A DNA stretch of 64,000 nt from Gemmatimonadota bacterium (GCA_039587315.1 JBDHIS010000004.1:32144-96143); one strand, 5' to 3'. Numbered from the stretch's first letter, positions 1 to 9,215 are shown. A program made the numbers and translations. Notes: generated from the letters alone by a model not told the origin.

Positions 1-2003
1 AGTACGACCGCTCCGGCGCGCACGCCGTGGACGGCGAACCCCTCAGTGCCGCCGGTGGGGATTCTCGAATCCTGCAGGTCGCGCTGGCCGAGGCGGTCCT
101 GGGTTGTGGCCCAGCGCAGCAGGTACTCCACCCACACGTTGCTGCGTGGTGGGGTCCACCTCAGGCTCACGCTGCCACCCAGCGGCGGGATCTTGGACAT
201 CGGCTCCTCGACCCCCGCAGCCATCTCCTGCTCGCCGTGGGTATACAGGAGGGTCCCGCGCGCGCGAAACGGCCCGAACAGCGCGAGCGCCTCCGCCTCG
301 AACCCGTAGACATGGGCCTTTCCGACGTTGAGCCCCTGATAGACCCGCTCGCCGTTGAAGAGAGTGTCGCCCTGAAACTCGCCGGGCAGGCGGTCGATGA
401 AGTTCGTGATCCTCGTGTAGTAGCCGGTCAGGTCGAACGCGGCCTTGCTCGTCGCATACCGCAGCGCCAGCTCGCCGCCCAGCGAGCGCTCGGGAACGGC
501 ATCCGGGTTGGGCAAGGCGATGCCGTCCGGAACGGGGCCCGCACGGGTGAGATCGTACAGGTTGGGGGCCCGGAACCCGCCGGCAACCCGCGCCGCCACC
601 CGCCAATACGTGGCGGGGATGAACAGGAGCCCGAGTTGGCCGGTCAGAGCCGAGCTGGTGTTCACCACGTGTCCGCCCAGCTGGGTGCCCACTTCCGCCT
701 CGCTGCGGAAGCCGGCCCAGCGAGCGCCGGCCGAGAGTCTCAGCCACCGGGTGACACCGCCGTCGGCTGCGAGGAACAGCCCGAGCCGGTCGGCACCGGC
801 TCCGTCGGGGAAGTTGCCCGACGGGATGGCACCGGTGACCGTCTGCCTCCTGAGGGGCGTCTGCTCCCCGGAAACCAGATCTTCCTCGAAGCCGTTGCTG
901 CTCATCTCGTCGTGGTAGTAGTCGCCGCCCCAAGTGACCAGCACCGGATCGCCGCCCAGCATCAGGGTGCTGAGTCCCACGACGCTCAATCCGGGTGTGT
1001 ACACGTCGTCGCGCCAGTGCGTGAGGGTCTCGGAGGGAAGGCCGGCGTCGTCGAGTGGAATGCGGTTGCGTCCCTCGCGCTGGACGGCGAGGCTCAGCGT
1101 GGTCTCCAGGCTGGTGACCGCGCTGCCGTCAGGCTTGTAGCGGTAGCGGGCGAACGCGAGCTGCCTGGCCTGCGGCTCGAATACGTGCTCGGCATCCCGC
1201 CCCGGCACGGGAGACCGGAACGTCACGTAGCGGTCGTAGCGCGGCACGTCGTGCATCCCGTAGTACTGCACCACGCCCTTGACCGAGTGCCGGGAGTTGG
1301 GCTCGAACGTGACCGTGGCATCCAATCCTTCGGTCTTGAACCCGGTCGGATCCTGTGCTCCGAGGTCGCCGCCGGGCACCAGATCGCCTACCGACAGCAG
1401 CGATCCCCCGAGCGCCACGCTCCACGCGCCGAGCACAGCGCCCCCCGAAACGCGCGCGCGGTACGAGTTGTCGGCGGACGAGAGAGCGCCCGTGAGCCGC
1501 ACGCTGCGCCGGCCCAGGAAGGGGTGCGTCTTGGTGATGACGTTGATGACCCCGCCCTGAGCGTCACTGCCGTAGAGCACCGAAGCGGCGCCGCGGATCA
1601 CCTCGATGCGCTCTATGGTCGCTGGATCGATGGTGGCCAGATACTGGCCTGGGCCGTCCCGGTAGGTGCCGTTGTTCATTGGGACGCCATCGACCAGGAG
1701 CATCACCTGGTTGCCGATGAGTCCCCTGATGATCACCGATCCCTGGCCGGCCGAGGTGGTCTGTACCTGGACGCCCGCTACGTCGCGCAGCAGGTTGGCC
1801 GTCTGGACTCCGGAGCTCACGTCGCTGAGGCGAGGCTCGACGAAGGAGAGGGCGGTAGCCTGATCGAGCCGGCTCATCTCGGACGAGCGCGTGCCGGTCA
1901 CGACCAGGGCGTCCATCCGCACGGTGTCGCGTACCGCGGACGTGTCCTGCTGGGCGACGGCAAGTATGGCGGAAACGGCGAGTAGCGCCGTGCTGGTCGT
2001 CAT
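1..2003 (-). CDS. TonB-dependent outer membrane receptor, 3' end truncated by window edge
   Basis: Manual translation from ATG at 2003: MTTSTALLAVSAILAVAQQDT signal peptide, TonB-box-like DALVVTGTR, plug motifs (IIRGL..NQVMLLVDGVP; IERIEVIRGAASVLYGSDAQGGVINVIT), barrel motif GFRAPNL. Missing from the ORF track because there is no stop in the window. Confidence 0.93.
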   Translation of the reverse strand, partial: MTTSTALLAVSAILAVAQQDTSAVRDTVRMDALVVTGTRSSEMSRLDQATALSFVEPRLSDVSSGVQTANLLRDVAGVQVQTTSAGQGSVIIRGLIGNQVMLLVDGVPMNNGTYRDGPGQYLATIDPATIERIEVIRGAASVLYGSDAQGGVINVITKTHPFLGRRSVRLTGALSSADNSYRARVSGGAVLGAWSVALGGSLLSVGDLVPGGDLGAQDPTGFKTEGLDATVTFEPNSRHSVKGVVQYYGMHDVPRYDRYVTFRSPVPGRDAEHVFEPQARQLAFARYRYKPDGSAVTSLETTLSLAVQREGRNRIPLDDAGLPSETLTHWRDDVYTPGLSVVGLSTLMLGGDPVLVTWGGDYYHDEMSSNGFEEDLVSGEQTPLRRQTVTGAIPSGNFPDGAGADRLGLFLAADGGVTRWLRLSAGARWAGFRSEAEVGTQLGGHVVNTSSALTGQLGLLFIPATYWRVAARVAGGFRAPNLYDLTRAGPVPDGIALPNPDAVPERSLGGELALRYATSKAAFDLTGYYTRITNFIDRLPGEFQGDTLFNGERVYQGLNVGKAHVYGFEAEALALFGPFRARGTLLYTHGEQEMAAGVEEPMSKIPPLGGSVSLRWTPPRSNVWVEYLLRWATTQDRLGQRDLQDSRIPTGGTEGFAVHGVRAGAVV

Positions 2004-2031
2004 CGGGCCTGAATGTACACAGTTCCCCCGG

Positions 2032-2054
2032 TTGGCGGTGTATAGTACCGCCAA
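2032..2054. promoter_or_regulatory. Perfect 8-bp inverted repeat, putative operator upstream of the TonB-dependent receptor
   Basis: TTGGCGGT-gtatagt-ACCGCCAA about 30 nt upstream of the receptor ATG; the spacer holds a -10-like hexamer (TATAGT on +, TACTAT on -). Confidence 0.4.
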
Positions 2055-2098
2055 GCCGCTCGGAAAGTTGCGCGTGGGGTGTTTAGGGGGGAGCGGGC

Positions 2099-2127
2099 TT
2101 GCATCCGGGGCGGGGCCCGGCGATAAT
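2099..2127 (+). promoter_or_regulatory. sigma70-type promoter of tRNA-Lys
   Basis: TTGCAT (2099-2104), 17-nt spacer, GATAAT (2122-2127), 10 nt before the tRNA. Confidence 0.7.
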
Positions 2128-2136
2128 AAACCCCGC

Positions 2137-2209
<73 letters not shown>

Positions 2210-2246
2210 TTTGACGATGTGACTCTGTGCGATTCAGCGATTCGAG

Positions 2247-2273
2247 AGGTCGCTCTTCGGAGCGGCCTTTCTC
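2247..2273 (+). terminator. Intrinsic terminator after tRNA-Lys
   Basis: Stem AGGTCGCTC/GAGCGGCCT (one G-U pair) with TTCG tetraloop followed by TTCTC. Confidence 0.7.
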
Positions 2274-2398
2274 ATGTTGGCTCCCCTCCGTCGCCGTCTC
2301 GGATCGAGGAAACCTTCTCCTTGGTTTCCCCGTATGCATATATGGTAAGGAGTCCTCCCTAACGCGTTGATGAATAAGCAGATGGAGTAAGCTGAACG

Positions 2399-3649
2399 AT
2401 GAAGAGGAAACGTCTATGGATCGGTGCCGCGGCTGTCGTGGTCGTCGGCGTTGTTGGGAGCGTGGCCCTGCGGGGAGGTGAGGTTGAGACCCTGGCCGTG
2501 CAGACGGCGAAGGTCGATCGGCGGATGATCGTGCAGAAGGTCAGCGCTACCGGGAAGATCCAGCCGAAGACCCAGGTGAGGGTGAGCGCCGATGTTAGCG
2601 CGAAGATCACGAGGCTGGCCGTTGTAGAGGGTCAATGGGTGGAGGAGGGGGAATTCCTGGTGGAGCTGGACCGGGAGCGCTACATCGCTTCGGTCGAGAG
2701 TGCCGAGGCCAGTGTGCGGTCCGCCCAGGCCAACGCCACGCTGGCCCGCCAGAGCATGGAGAGGAGCGAGAGGGAATACACGAGGTCCAGGGAATTGATG
2801 GGGCAAAATCTGGAGTCGCAGGCCGTCTACGAAGAGAAGGAGGCGGCTTACCAGATGGAAGTGTCGCGCCATGAGTTTGCCTTGAATCAGGTGGAGCAGG
2901 CCGACGCGGCATTGAAGCAGGCCCGAGACGATCTCTCCAAGACCACGATCTATGCGCCCATGTCCGGGACCATCAGTGACCTGAACAAGGAAGTCGGTGA
3001 GATCGCCATCGGCTCCCAGTTTCAGGAGGATGTCATTCTCGTCATCGCCGATCTCTCGGAGATGGAGGCCCAGGTCAATGTGGATGAGAACGACATTGTC
3101 TCCATAGCCCTCGACCAGGCGGCGGAAATTGAGGTCGACGCGTTGCTCGATCAGGTGCTGGAAGGTGTTGTCTACGAGATTGCCAGCAGCGCCAATGTCG
3201 CCGGCGCGGGCAGCGCAGAACAGAAGACCGAATTCGAGATCAAGATCAGCATTACCGGTCCCCCGGAGACGCTGCGCCCGGGGATGACGGCGAGCGCGGA
3301 TGTCTTCACCAAGACCAATGAAAACGCGCTGAGCGTTCCCATTCAGAGTGTAGCTGTCCGCACCGTGGATCAGCTCGCGGTGGAGGGTGAGGATCGCGAG
3401 GACGCGGAAGAGCGCTACACGGCGGACCGGGAGGGGTTCGTGGAGGTTGTGTTCTGCATCGAGGACGGGAAGGCGATCGCGAAGCAGGTCGTGACGGGCA
3501 TCCAGAGCGATGACTATATCGAAATCCTCGAGGGCCTGGAGGAAGGCGATGAAGTTGTCACCGGCAGCTATCGCGCCATTTCGAGGGACCTCGGAAACGG
3601 TGCCGTAGTGACCATCAACAACGATGCAGGGCAGTCCGATGGAGCCTAG
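2399..3649 (+). CDS. Efflux periplasmic adaptor subunit (MacA/HlyD-like membrane fusion protein)
   Basis: N-terminal TM anchor, SATGKIQP..VSADVSAKI lipoyl half, coiled coil, IYAPMSGTI, LRPGMTA, VVTGIQSDDYIEILEGLEEGDEVV. Confidence 0.93.
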   Translation: MKRKRLWIGAAAVVVVGVVGSVALRGGEVETLAVQTAKVDRRMIVQKVSATGKIQPKTQVRVSADVSAKITRLAVVEGQWVEEGEFLVELDRERYIASVESAEASVRSAQANATLARQSMERSEREYTRSRELMGQNLESQAVYEEKEAAYQMEVSRHEFALNQVEQADAALKQARDDLSKTTIYAPMSGTISDLNKEVGEIAIGSQFQEDVILVIADLSEMEAQVNVDENDIVSIALDQAAEIEVDALLDQVLEGVVYEIASSANVAGAGSAEQKTEFEIKISITGPPETLRPGMTASADVFTKTNENALSVPIQSVAVRTVDQLAVEGEDREDAEERYTADREGFVEVVFCIEDGKAIAKQVVTGIQSDDYIEILEGLEEGDEVVTGSYRAISRDLGNGAVVTINNDAGQSDGA

Positions 3650-3661
3650 AGAAGACGCGCT

Positions 3662-4900
3662 ATGAGATTAGCGCTTGATCTGGGGGAGTCGTTTCGGATC
3701 GCGTTGGGCGCCATCCGCGCCAACAAGGGCCGCGGTGCGCTGACCACGCTCGGCATCATCATTGGCATTGTCGCGGTCGTTCTCACCATGACCGCCGTCA
3801 ACGGACTGCAGAACGCGGCCCGTCAGGGGTTCTCCGCCGTCGGCACGGACGTGTTCTATGTCTCCCGCATGCCCTGGATCGTCATGGGTGATTTCTTCCT
3901 CTTTCGGAATCGCCCCAACATCGAACTCGGAGAGGCTAGCGAGCTGGAGTACAGATTGCACGGCAGAGGCATCGTCAATCCCACGATGGATACCCGCCGC
4001 GACGTCAAGTACCGATCCGAAGTCATGGAAGGCGTGAGGATCGTTGGCACCACCGAAAAGCAGACGCTGGTGTCCAGCGCGCAGCCGCAGTTGGGCCGGT
4101 TCATGATGGAGTTTGACGTCACCTACAAGAGGAACGTTTGCATCATCGGGACCGACGTCAGGGATGGCCTGTTCGGAGCGGTGAACCCCATCAACAAGAA
4201 GATGAAGATCGGGCGCACGGATTATCGCGTCATCGGCGTCATGGAGGAGCAGGGCGGCAGCTTTCTCGGCGGTCCCAACTTCGACCGACAGATCTTCATC
4301 CCCATTACTTCCTACGTGAAGGCATTTGGCGGACACCATGGACGGGAGGATGTGGGCATCGCTGTCAAAGCGCCCACGCAGGAGGCAATGGAGGAGCTCG
4401 AGTTCGAGGTGATCGGGCAGATGCGGAAGATCCGCAAGTTACGTCCCACGGAATCCGACAACTTCTCCATCAACAAGCTCGAGACCCTGATGGGCGCGTT
4501 CAACAACGTGATGGGCGTGGTGCTTCTTGTGGGGCTGCTCGTCACCAGCATCTCGCTGTTCGTGGGCGGGGTGGGGGTGATGAACATCATGTTCGTCTCA
4601 GTCACGGAGCGCACTCGTGAGATCGGTATCCGCAAGGCCATTGGCGCCAAGCGGCGCAGTATCCTGTTCCAGTTTCTTTTCGAGGCGTGCGCGATCTGTC
4701 TGATGGGTGGGGTGATCGGGATTGTGCTCGCGTCGCTATTGACCGCCGTGATCAACGCCGCGCTGATGCCGGCGAGTGTGAGCCTGCCCATCCTGATCAC
4801 CGCCGTTCTCGTTTCCGTATTCGTCGGTACCCTGGCGGGTTTCGTGCCGGCCTGGAGGGGCGCCAGGCTCAATCCGGTCGAGGCGCTTCGTTATGAGTAG
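3662..4900 (+). CDS. MacB/FtsX-family ABC transporter permease
   Basis: LTTLGIIIGIVAVV TM1, periplasmic MacB domain, VGGVGVMNIMFVSVTERTREIGIRKAIGAK, LNPVEALRYE end. Confidence 0.93.
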   Translation: MRLALDLGESFRIALGAIRANKGRGALTTLGIIIGIVAVVLTMTAVNGLQNAARQGFSAVGTDVFYVSRMPWIVMGDFFLFRNRPNIELGEASELEYRLHGRGIVNPTMDTRRDVKYRSEVMEGVRIVGTTEKQTLVSSAQPQLGRFMMEFDVTYKRNVCIIGTDVRDGLFGAVNPINKKMKIGRTDYRVIGVMEEQGGSFLGGPNFDRQIFIPITSYVKAFGGHHGREDVGIAVKAPTQEAMEELEFEVIGQMRKIRKLRPTESDNFSINKLETLMGAFNNVMGVVLLVGLLVTSISLFVGGVGVMNIMFVSVTERTREIGIRKAIGAKRRSILFQFLFEACAICLMGGVIGIVLASLLTAVINAALMPASVSLPILITAVLVSVFVGTLAGFVPAWRGARLNPVEALRYE

Positions 4901-4923
4901 GTCCGAGCTGGAGAGTAGTTGCC

Positions 4924-6171
4924 ATGCGTCTCTTTGACACGCTCTTCATGTCCTTTGGGTCGCTTGTCAGCCACAAGCTGAGATCCGTACTGACCTTGGT
5001 GGGAATTGTCGCGGGGATCGCCTCGATCATTGCCGTGATGACGGCCATATCCGTAGTGCAGGCCACCATTGAAAGGGAAATGAGCGTGCTGGGCGCGCAG
5101 ACTTTCCAGGTTCAGAAATGGCCGGCCGGCGGATTCAATTCGGCTGAGGAACGACGCAAGGCGATGCTCAGGCCGCCGGTCACGGTTGCGAATGCCGACG
5201 CGATCCGGGAGCAGGTGGAGACCGTAGATCTGGTAGGGGCGGAGCTGTGGGACTTCGGCTACACGGTCGAGTACCGGGGCGAATCCACCAACCCCAATGT
5301 CACGATCTGCGGTGGTACGCCGGAGTACCCGCCCAACAACACGCACTACGTGGGACTGGGACGCAACCTCTCGCAAATGGATATCAGGAGCGGCCGCAGC
5401 GTGGCTGTCATCGGTCATGCGATCGGGCAGAAGCTGTTTCCCTTCGTCGATCCCATCGGCAAGGAAATCCGTCTGGACGGGCGCAAGTACGAAGTGATTG
5501 GCGTGTTCGACGAAAAGAAATCGGCCTTCGGAGGGGGTTTCGACAACTATGTGCTGATCCCCATCACGACGTATCTGGACATCTACGGCATGATCGGTCG
5601 CAATGGATTCTCCCGCTCGGTAAACATAACGGTTCGCGCGAAGTCGCCGGAACTCGTCGCGGACGCGATCGAAGAGACACGCCAGGTGATGCGGCGCGAG
5701 CGGGGCGTGAGAGCCAACGAAGAGGACAACTTCGACTTCTTCAACAGCGAGAGCCTCATTACCGATTTCAATACGATGACACGGGGCATCAAGATCGCGG
5801 CCTTTGTGATCGGGAGTATTGCGCTTGTCGTCGCCGGTATCGGCATCATGAACATCATGCTGGTCTCCGTGACAGAGCGAACGAAGGAAATCGGCATTCG
5901 GAAATCTCTCGGCGCCAAACCGAGGAGCATCCTCACGCAGTTCCTTCTCGAGGCCGTCGTTCTCTGTAACATCGGGGGTGTGTTCGGTGTCCTCGTGGGG
6001 TTCGGTCTGGGAAACTCCATGACTCTCTTTGTTCCCTTTGACAGCAATGTTCCCATGGAATGGGCCGTCATCGGACTTCTCTTCTGCTCCGCTGTCGGAA
6101 TTGTGTTTGGTCTCCTGCCTGCCATCCGGGCCTCCAGGCTCAATCCCGTCGAGGCACTCGGCTACGAGTAG
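4924..6171 (+). CDS. MacB/FtsX-family ABC transporter permease (second paralog)
   Basis: RSVLTLVGIVAGIASII, VAGIGIMNIMLVSVTERTKEIGIRKSLGAK, LNPVEALGYE. Confidence 0.93.
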   Translation: MRLFDTLFMSFGSLVSHKLRSVLTLVGIVAGIASIIAVMTAISVVQATIEREMSVLGAQTFQVQKWPAGGFNSAEERRKAMLRPPVTVANADAIREQVETVDLVGAELWDFGYTVEYRGESTNPNVTICGGTPEYPPNNTHYVGLGRNLSQMDIRSGRSVAVIGHAIGQKLFPFVDPIGKEIRLDGRKYEVIGVFDEKKSAFGGGFDNYVLIPITTYLDIYGMIGRNGFSRSVNITVRAKSPELVADAIEETRQVMRRERGVRANEEDNFDFFNSESLITDFNTMTRGIKIAAFVIGSIALVVAGIGIMNIMLVSVTERTKEIGIRKSLGAKPRSILTQFLLEAVVLCNIGGVFGVLVGFGLGNSMTLFVPFDSNVPMEWAVIGLLFCSAVGIVFGLLPAIRASRLNPVEALGYE

Positions 6172-6233
6172 CACTCTGGACGCTCCGAAAATGGGGCCTT
6201 GGCCCGCGGAAAGGCCGCTGCCCGCCAACGCCT

Positions 6234-6262
6234 TTGACAGGGTGCCAGGGGGTGACTATGCT
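6234..6262 (+). promoter_or_regulatory. sigma70-type promoter
   Basis: TTGACA (6234-6239), 17-nt spacer, TATGCT (6257-6262). Confidence 0.6.
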
Positions 6263-6307
6263 TCAGGAGCGGACGATCGATAGCATCGTCCAATGCAGGG
6301 CCATCCG

Positions 6308-6350
6308 AAGAGCGGGAGTTTCGCCGTAGCGCGGACCCGCTTTTTCCTTT
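6308..6350 (+). terminator. Intrinsic terminator or attenuator hairpin upstream of the 6364 gene
   Basis: AGCGGG (6311-6316)/CCCGCT (6336-6341) outer stem with inner CGC-cgta-GCG, followed by TTTTCCTTT. Confidence 0.55.
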
Positions 6351-6363
6351 GCTGAGGAGAGTC

Positions 6364-6618
6364 ATGTCCGATGTGGCGATGCCGGTGACGAACTCGGTTT
6401 CCTATCACGGATGGATGATCACGCCCCGTACGTTCCAGATCAACGGCAGCTTGCGATGGACCCTGGATCTCGTGATCGCGTACCGCACGAAGCGACGCGC
6501 GTTCAGCGGACCCGCGACGTTCTCGACCGAGCAGGAGGCGATTCGCGGTTGCCATGCTTTCGGGCGTCGTGTCATCGAAGGCCGAGTGCCACACTGTTCC
6601 CTGGAGGGCCTGCGTTGA
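6364..6618 (+). CDS. Small hypothetical protein, 84 aa
   Basis: GAGGAGA RBS then ATG at 6364; MSDVAMPVTNSVSYHGWMITPRTFQ...FSGPATFSTEQEAIRGCHAFGRRVIEG resembles a widespread small alpha/beta domain of unknown function (recalled, not searched). Confidence 0.7.
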   Translation: MSDVAMPVTNSVSYHGWMITPRTFQINGSLRWTLDLVIAYRTKRRAFSGPATFSTEQEAIRGCHAFGRRVIEGRVPHCSLEGLR

Positions 6619-6676
6619 GGTGACCCGACCTCGAGCGCGTGTTTCGAACAAAGCGAAGTGAGAAAGGACGCTCAGG

Positions 6677-6904
6677 ATGGCCAGACGCGGCCCACTGTCA
6701 GCAGCCAAACGCAAGCGGGAAGCCGACAAGCGAGAGAAGCGGCGGCTCAAGCAGGAGAAGCGGGCCAAGCGCGCGGAGGAGCGGGCGCAGGTACGCGACG
6801 CGGCAAAAGCCGATGCCGATGGCCCGGCAGGGTCTTCCCCCCAGGAGTCTCTGGAACCTGGCGATGATCATCCCGGGGTACCGGAGGACACCGGAACCGA
6901 GTAG
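6677..6904 (+). CDS. Small Lys/Arg-rich, probably disordered protein
   Basis: MARRGPLSAAKRKREADKREKRRLKQEKRAK basic helix then acidic/Pro tail; same orientation as neighbours. Confidence 0.6.
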   Translation: MARRGPLSAAKRKREADKREKRRLKQEKRAKRAEERAQVRDAAKADADGPAGSSPQESLEPGDDHPGVPEDTGTE

Positions 6905-7074
6905 TCCAGGGGTCCACCCCCTCTATCTGCCACAGTCCACGCGGCGTTGCGGCAGATCTGTGCCCCCAACCCAGTGAGTCTCGCGCTGGCCGCACATAAC
7001 GCCATCGCAGCAATGCGCGGGGAGACGGCGACGCCAGAGCGAAGGTGAGCTTTGGGTCCCAACCGGGAGCAGCG

Positions 7075-8028
7075 ATGAACCACCCCTCCATTACACCCGA
7101 TGCCTGGCCCGCTCTGCCGCACGAGGAGTGGGCGGACACCCTCGCGACACTCCACATGTGGATGCAGATCGTCGGGAAGGTCCAGTTGGAGTCTTCGCCT
7201 TGGGTCAACCACTCGTGGCACGTGACGTCCTTCGTGGGCGCGCGTGGGATCACCACGCCTCCGATTCCATACGGGGGCGAGGCCTTCCAGGCCGATTTCG
7301 ATTTCATCGATCACGAGCTTCGGATTGCGGTGAGCGACGGCCAGGTCCGCACGCTCGCGCTCGAACCTCAGGCCACCGCCGACTTCTATCGTGAGTTCAT
7401 GGCTGCGCTGGAGTCGCTTGGCATCGAGGTGCGCATCCATGCGGCGCCGAACGAGGTGGAAGAGCCGATCCCGTTCGCGGATGATCGTTCACACGGCACC
7501 TACGAGAAGGATCACGCGCATCTCCTGTGGCGCGCACAGGTGCAATCGGCCCGCGTGTTCAACGCCTTTCGGGCTCGCTTCCTCGGCAAGTGCAGCCCTG
7601 TTCATTTGTTTTGGGGAGCTCCCGACCTGGCCGTGACGCGGTTCTCGGGCCGAGCTGCGCCCAAACACCCCGGAGGGTTTCCGAACCTACCGGACGTGGT
7701 AACAGTGGAGGCCTACTCGCATGAGGTGTCGAGCTGTGGATTCTGGGCCGGCAACGCATCTGCGCCCGATCCGATCTTCTACTCGTACGCCTATCCGACT
7801 CCGGATGGATTCGCAGAGTCCGCGGTGCGTCCCGATACGGCGTTCTGGCTCGCCGACCTGGGCGAGTTCGTACTTCCCTACGAGGCGGTGCGAACGTCGG
7901 GCGATCCGGATGCGGCGCTCATGGCGTTTCTGCAGTCCACTTACGAAGCTGCTGCCAACCTCGCTGGGTGGGATCGCGCTGCATTGGAGCGCCCGGCAGG
8001 CTACACGCCTTACAGTCCGTCCGGGTGA
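7075..8028 (+). CDS. DUF5996 family protein
   Basis: WPALPHEEWADTLATLHMWMQIVGK, NHSWHVT, FLGKCSPVHLFWGAPDLAVTRFSGR, EAYSHEVSSCGFW, FYSYAYPTP; start moved to ATG 7075. Confidence 0.85.
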   Translation: MNHPSITPDAWPALPHEEWADTLATLHMWMQIVGKVQLESSPWVNHSWHVTSFVGARGITTPPIPYGGEAFQADFDFIDHELRIAVSDGQVRTLALEPQATADFYREFMAALESLGIEVRIHAAPNEVEEPIPFADDRSHGTYEKDHAHLLWRAQVQSARVFNAFRARFLGKCSPVHLFWGAPDLAVTRFSGRAAPKHPGGFPNLPDVVTVEAYSHEVSSCGFWAGNASAPDPIFYSYAYPTPDGFAESAVRPDTAFWLADLGEFVLPYEAVRTSGDPDAALMAFLQSTYEAAANLAGWDRAALERPAGYTPYSPSG

Positions 8029-8072
8029 TGGTAGGTGACACGAGGATGCGGCCGGTGAACTGACGAGAACAT

Positions 8073-8795
8073 TCAGCCCTCGTCCGCCAACAGGGCGAGC
8101 GCGATGTATTCCTCCATCTCCTCCAGCGTCTTCACTCCTCGCAGGCGTCGTCCGTTGACGAAGAACGTCGGCGTACCCGACACCCCGTTCTGGAGTCCGT
8201 CGAGCAGGTCGCGCGCGACGATGTCGCGAGTCGCTCCGTCGTCGAGGCATTGGCTGAATGCTATGGCGTCCAACCCCAGATCAGCGGCGTGAGCCCGCAA
8301 TCGCTCCGCGGTCAGAAATTGGAGATCCTGGAACAGCGCGTCGTGGTATTCCCAGAAGCTGCCCTGCCGATGCGCGCACTCGGCCGCCTCGGCCGCATTC
8401 ACGGCATGCATATGGGTGACGGGATTGGGAGAGTTCCTGACGATGTAACGCAGGTTGTCTCCGTGGCGCTCGAGCAGCGCCGGTAGCACCGTGGTGGCGT
8501 ACTCGCGGCAGAAGGAGCACTCGTAGTCGGTGAACTCGACTACTGTCACGGGGGCATCAGCCGGCCCGCGCGCGGGACTGTCCTCTGCGGTCACGCCGAA
8601 GCGGGGAGAATCGACCCAGGAAGTCGGTTCGGGCGCCGTGCTCGGAGCGGCGCCGGTCGGGTCGCCTCTCAAGGCGCCGAATCCGAAGTAGGCTCCCAGC
8701 CCGATCACGATTCCAAACAGCACCGCCAGAGTGGCGCGCAACTGCCGGGCCGTCACGTTCAACACGACACGGTCTCCATCGCCTCGAGTCTCCAC
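8073..8795 (-). CDS. DsbA/BdbD-like thioredoxin-fold oxidoreductase with N-terminal membrane anchor
   Basis: GPADAPVTVVEFTDYECSFC (CxxC) and VSGTPTFFVNG cis-Pro loop; GTG at 8795 preceded by GGAGG. Confidence 0.88.
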   Translation of the reverse strand: METRGDGDRVVLNVTARQLRATLAVLFGIVIGLGAYFGFGALRGDPTGAAPSTAPEPTSWVDSPRFGVTAEDSPARGPADAPVTVVEFTDYECSFCREYATTVLPALLERHGDNLRYIVRNSPNPVTHMHAVNAAEAAECAHRQGSFWEYHDALFQDLQFLTAERLRAHAADLGLDAIAFSQCLDDGATRDIVARDLLDGLQNGVSGTPTFFVNGRRLRGVKTLEEMEEYIALALLADEG

Positions 8796-8972
8796 TCGAC
8801 CAACCTCCGGTTCCAGGTCCTCTAGTCCAACTCCGAAGCGGCGTCGTGTCAAGCGAACGGTGTGACTCTCCCGCCATACACGACGAGCACACTCGGGAAT
8901 ATGGTTGCAGCCTGAATCTGCCAGGGCTACGTTGGCAGCGCGCCCGTTCGGGGCGAAGAAAGGACATGCCAC

Positions 8973-9215
8973 ATGAAGCGGCTTCGACTCTCTTTGCTCA
9001 CGTTTGCGGTTTCCCTCCTCACGTTTGCGGTAGCGTTCGGAATCGCCGCGTGCGGGGACAGTGAGGGCATCGGAGACTCGTGTCCTGGCATCGTGTGCAA
9101 CGACTGCGGCGCCTCGGGTAACTGCGACGTCACGTGCAGTGCCGGCGAGGAGGAGTTTTGCGGTCACTTCGGGTTCTTCGACGACCCGACTCTGCGCTGC
9201 GCGTGGTGCGAGTAG
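8973..9215 (+). CDS. Small cysteine-rich lipoprotein, 80 aa
   Basis: AAGGA RBS, MKRLR n-region, hydrophobic h-region, lipobox IAAC, then 8 further Cys in 53 residues. Confidence 0.75.
   Translation: MKRLRLSLLTFAVSLLTFAVAFGIAACGDSEGIGDSCPGIVCNDCGASGNCDVTCSAGEEEFCGHFGFFDDPTLRCAWCE

Noticed and set aside
27-1985. 652-aa plus-strand ORF in the track
   Set aside because: It is the antisense shadow of the minus-strand TonB-dependent receptor, which has clear family motifs; long shadow ORFs are common at this GC content.
6290-6345. Partial resemblance of CAGGGCCATCCGAAGAGCGGGA to the c-di-GMP-I (GEMM) riboswitch
   Set aside because: The P1 GAAA stem does not pair and the ACGCAAAGC / second-stem elements are missing; kept only as an unassigned leader.
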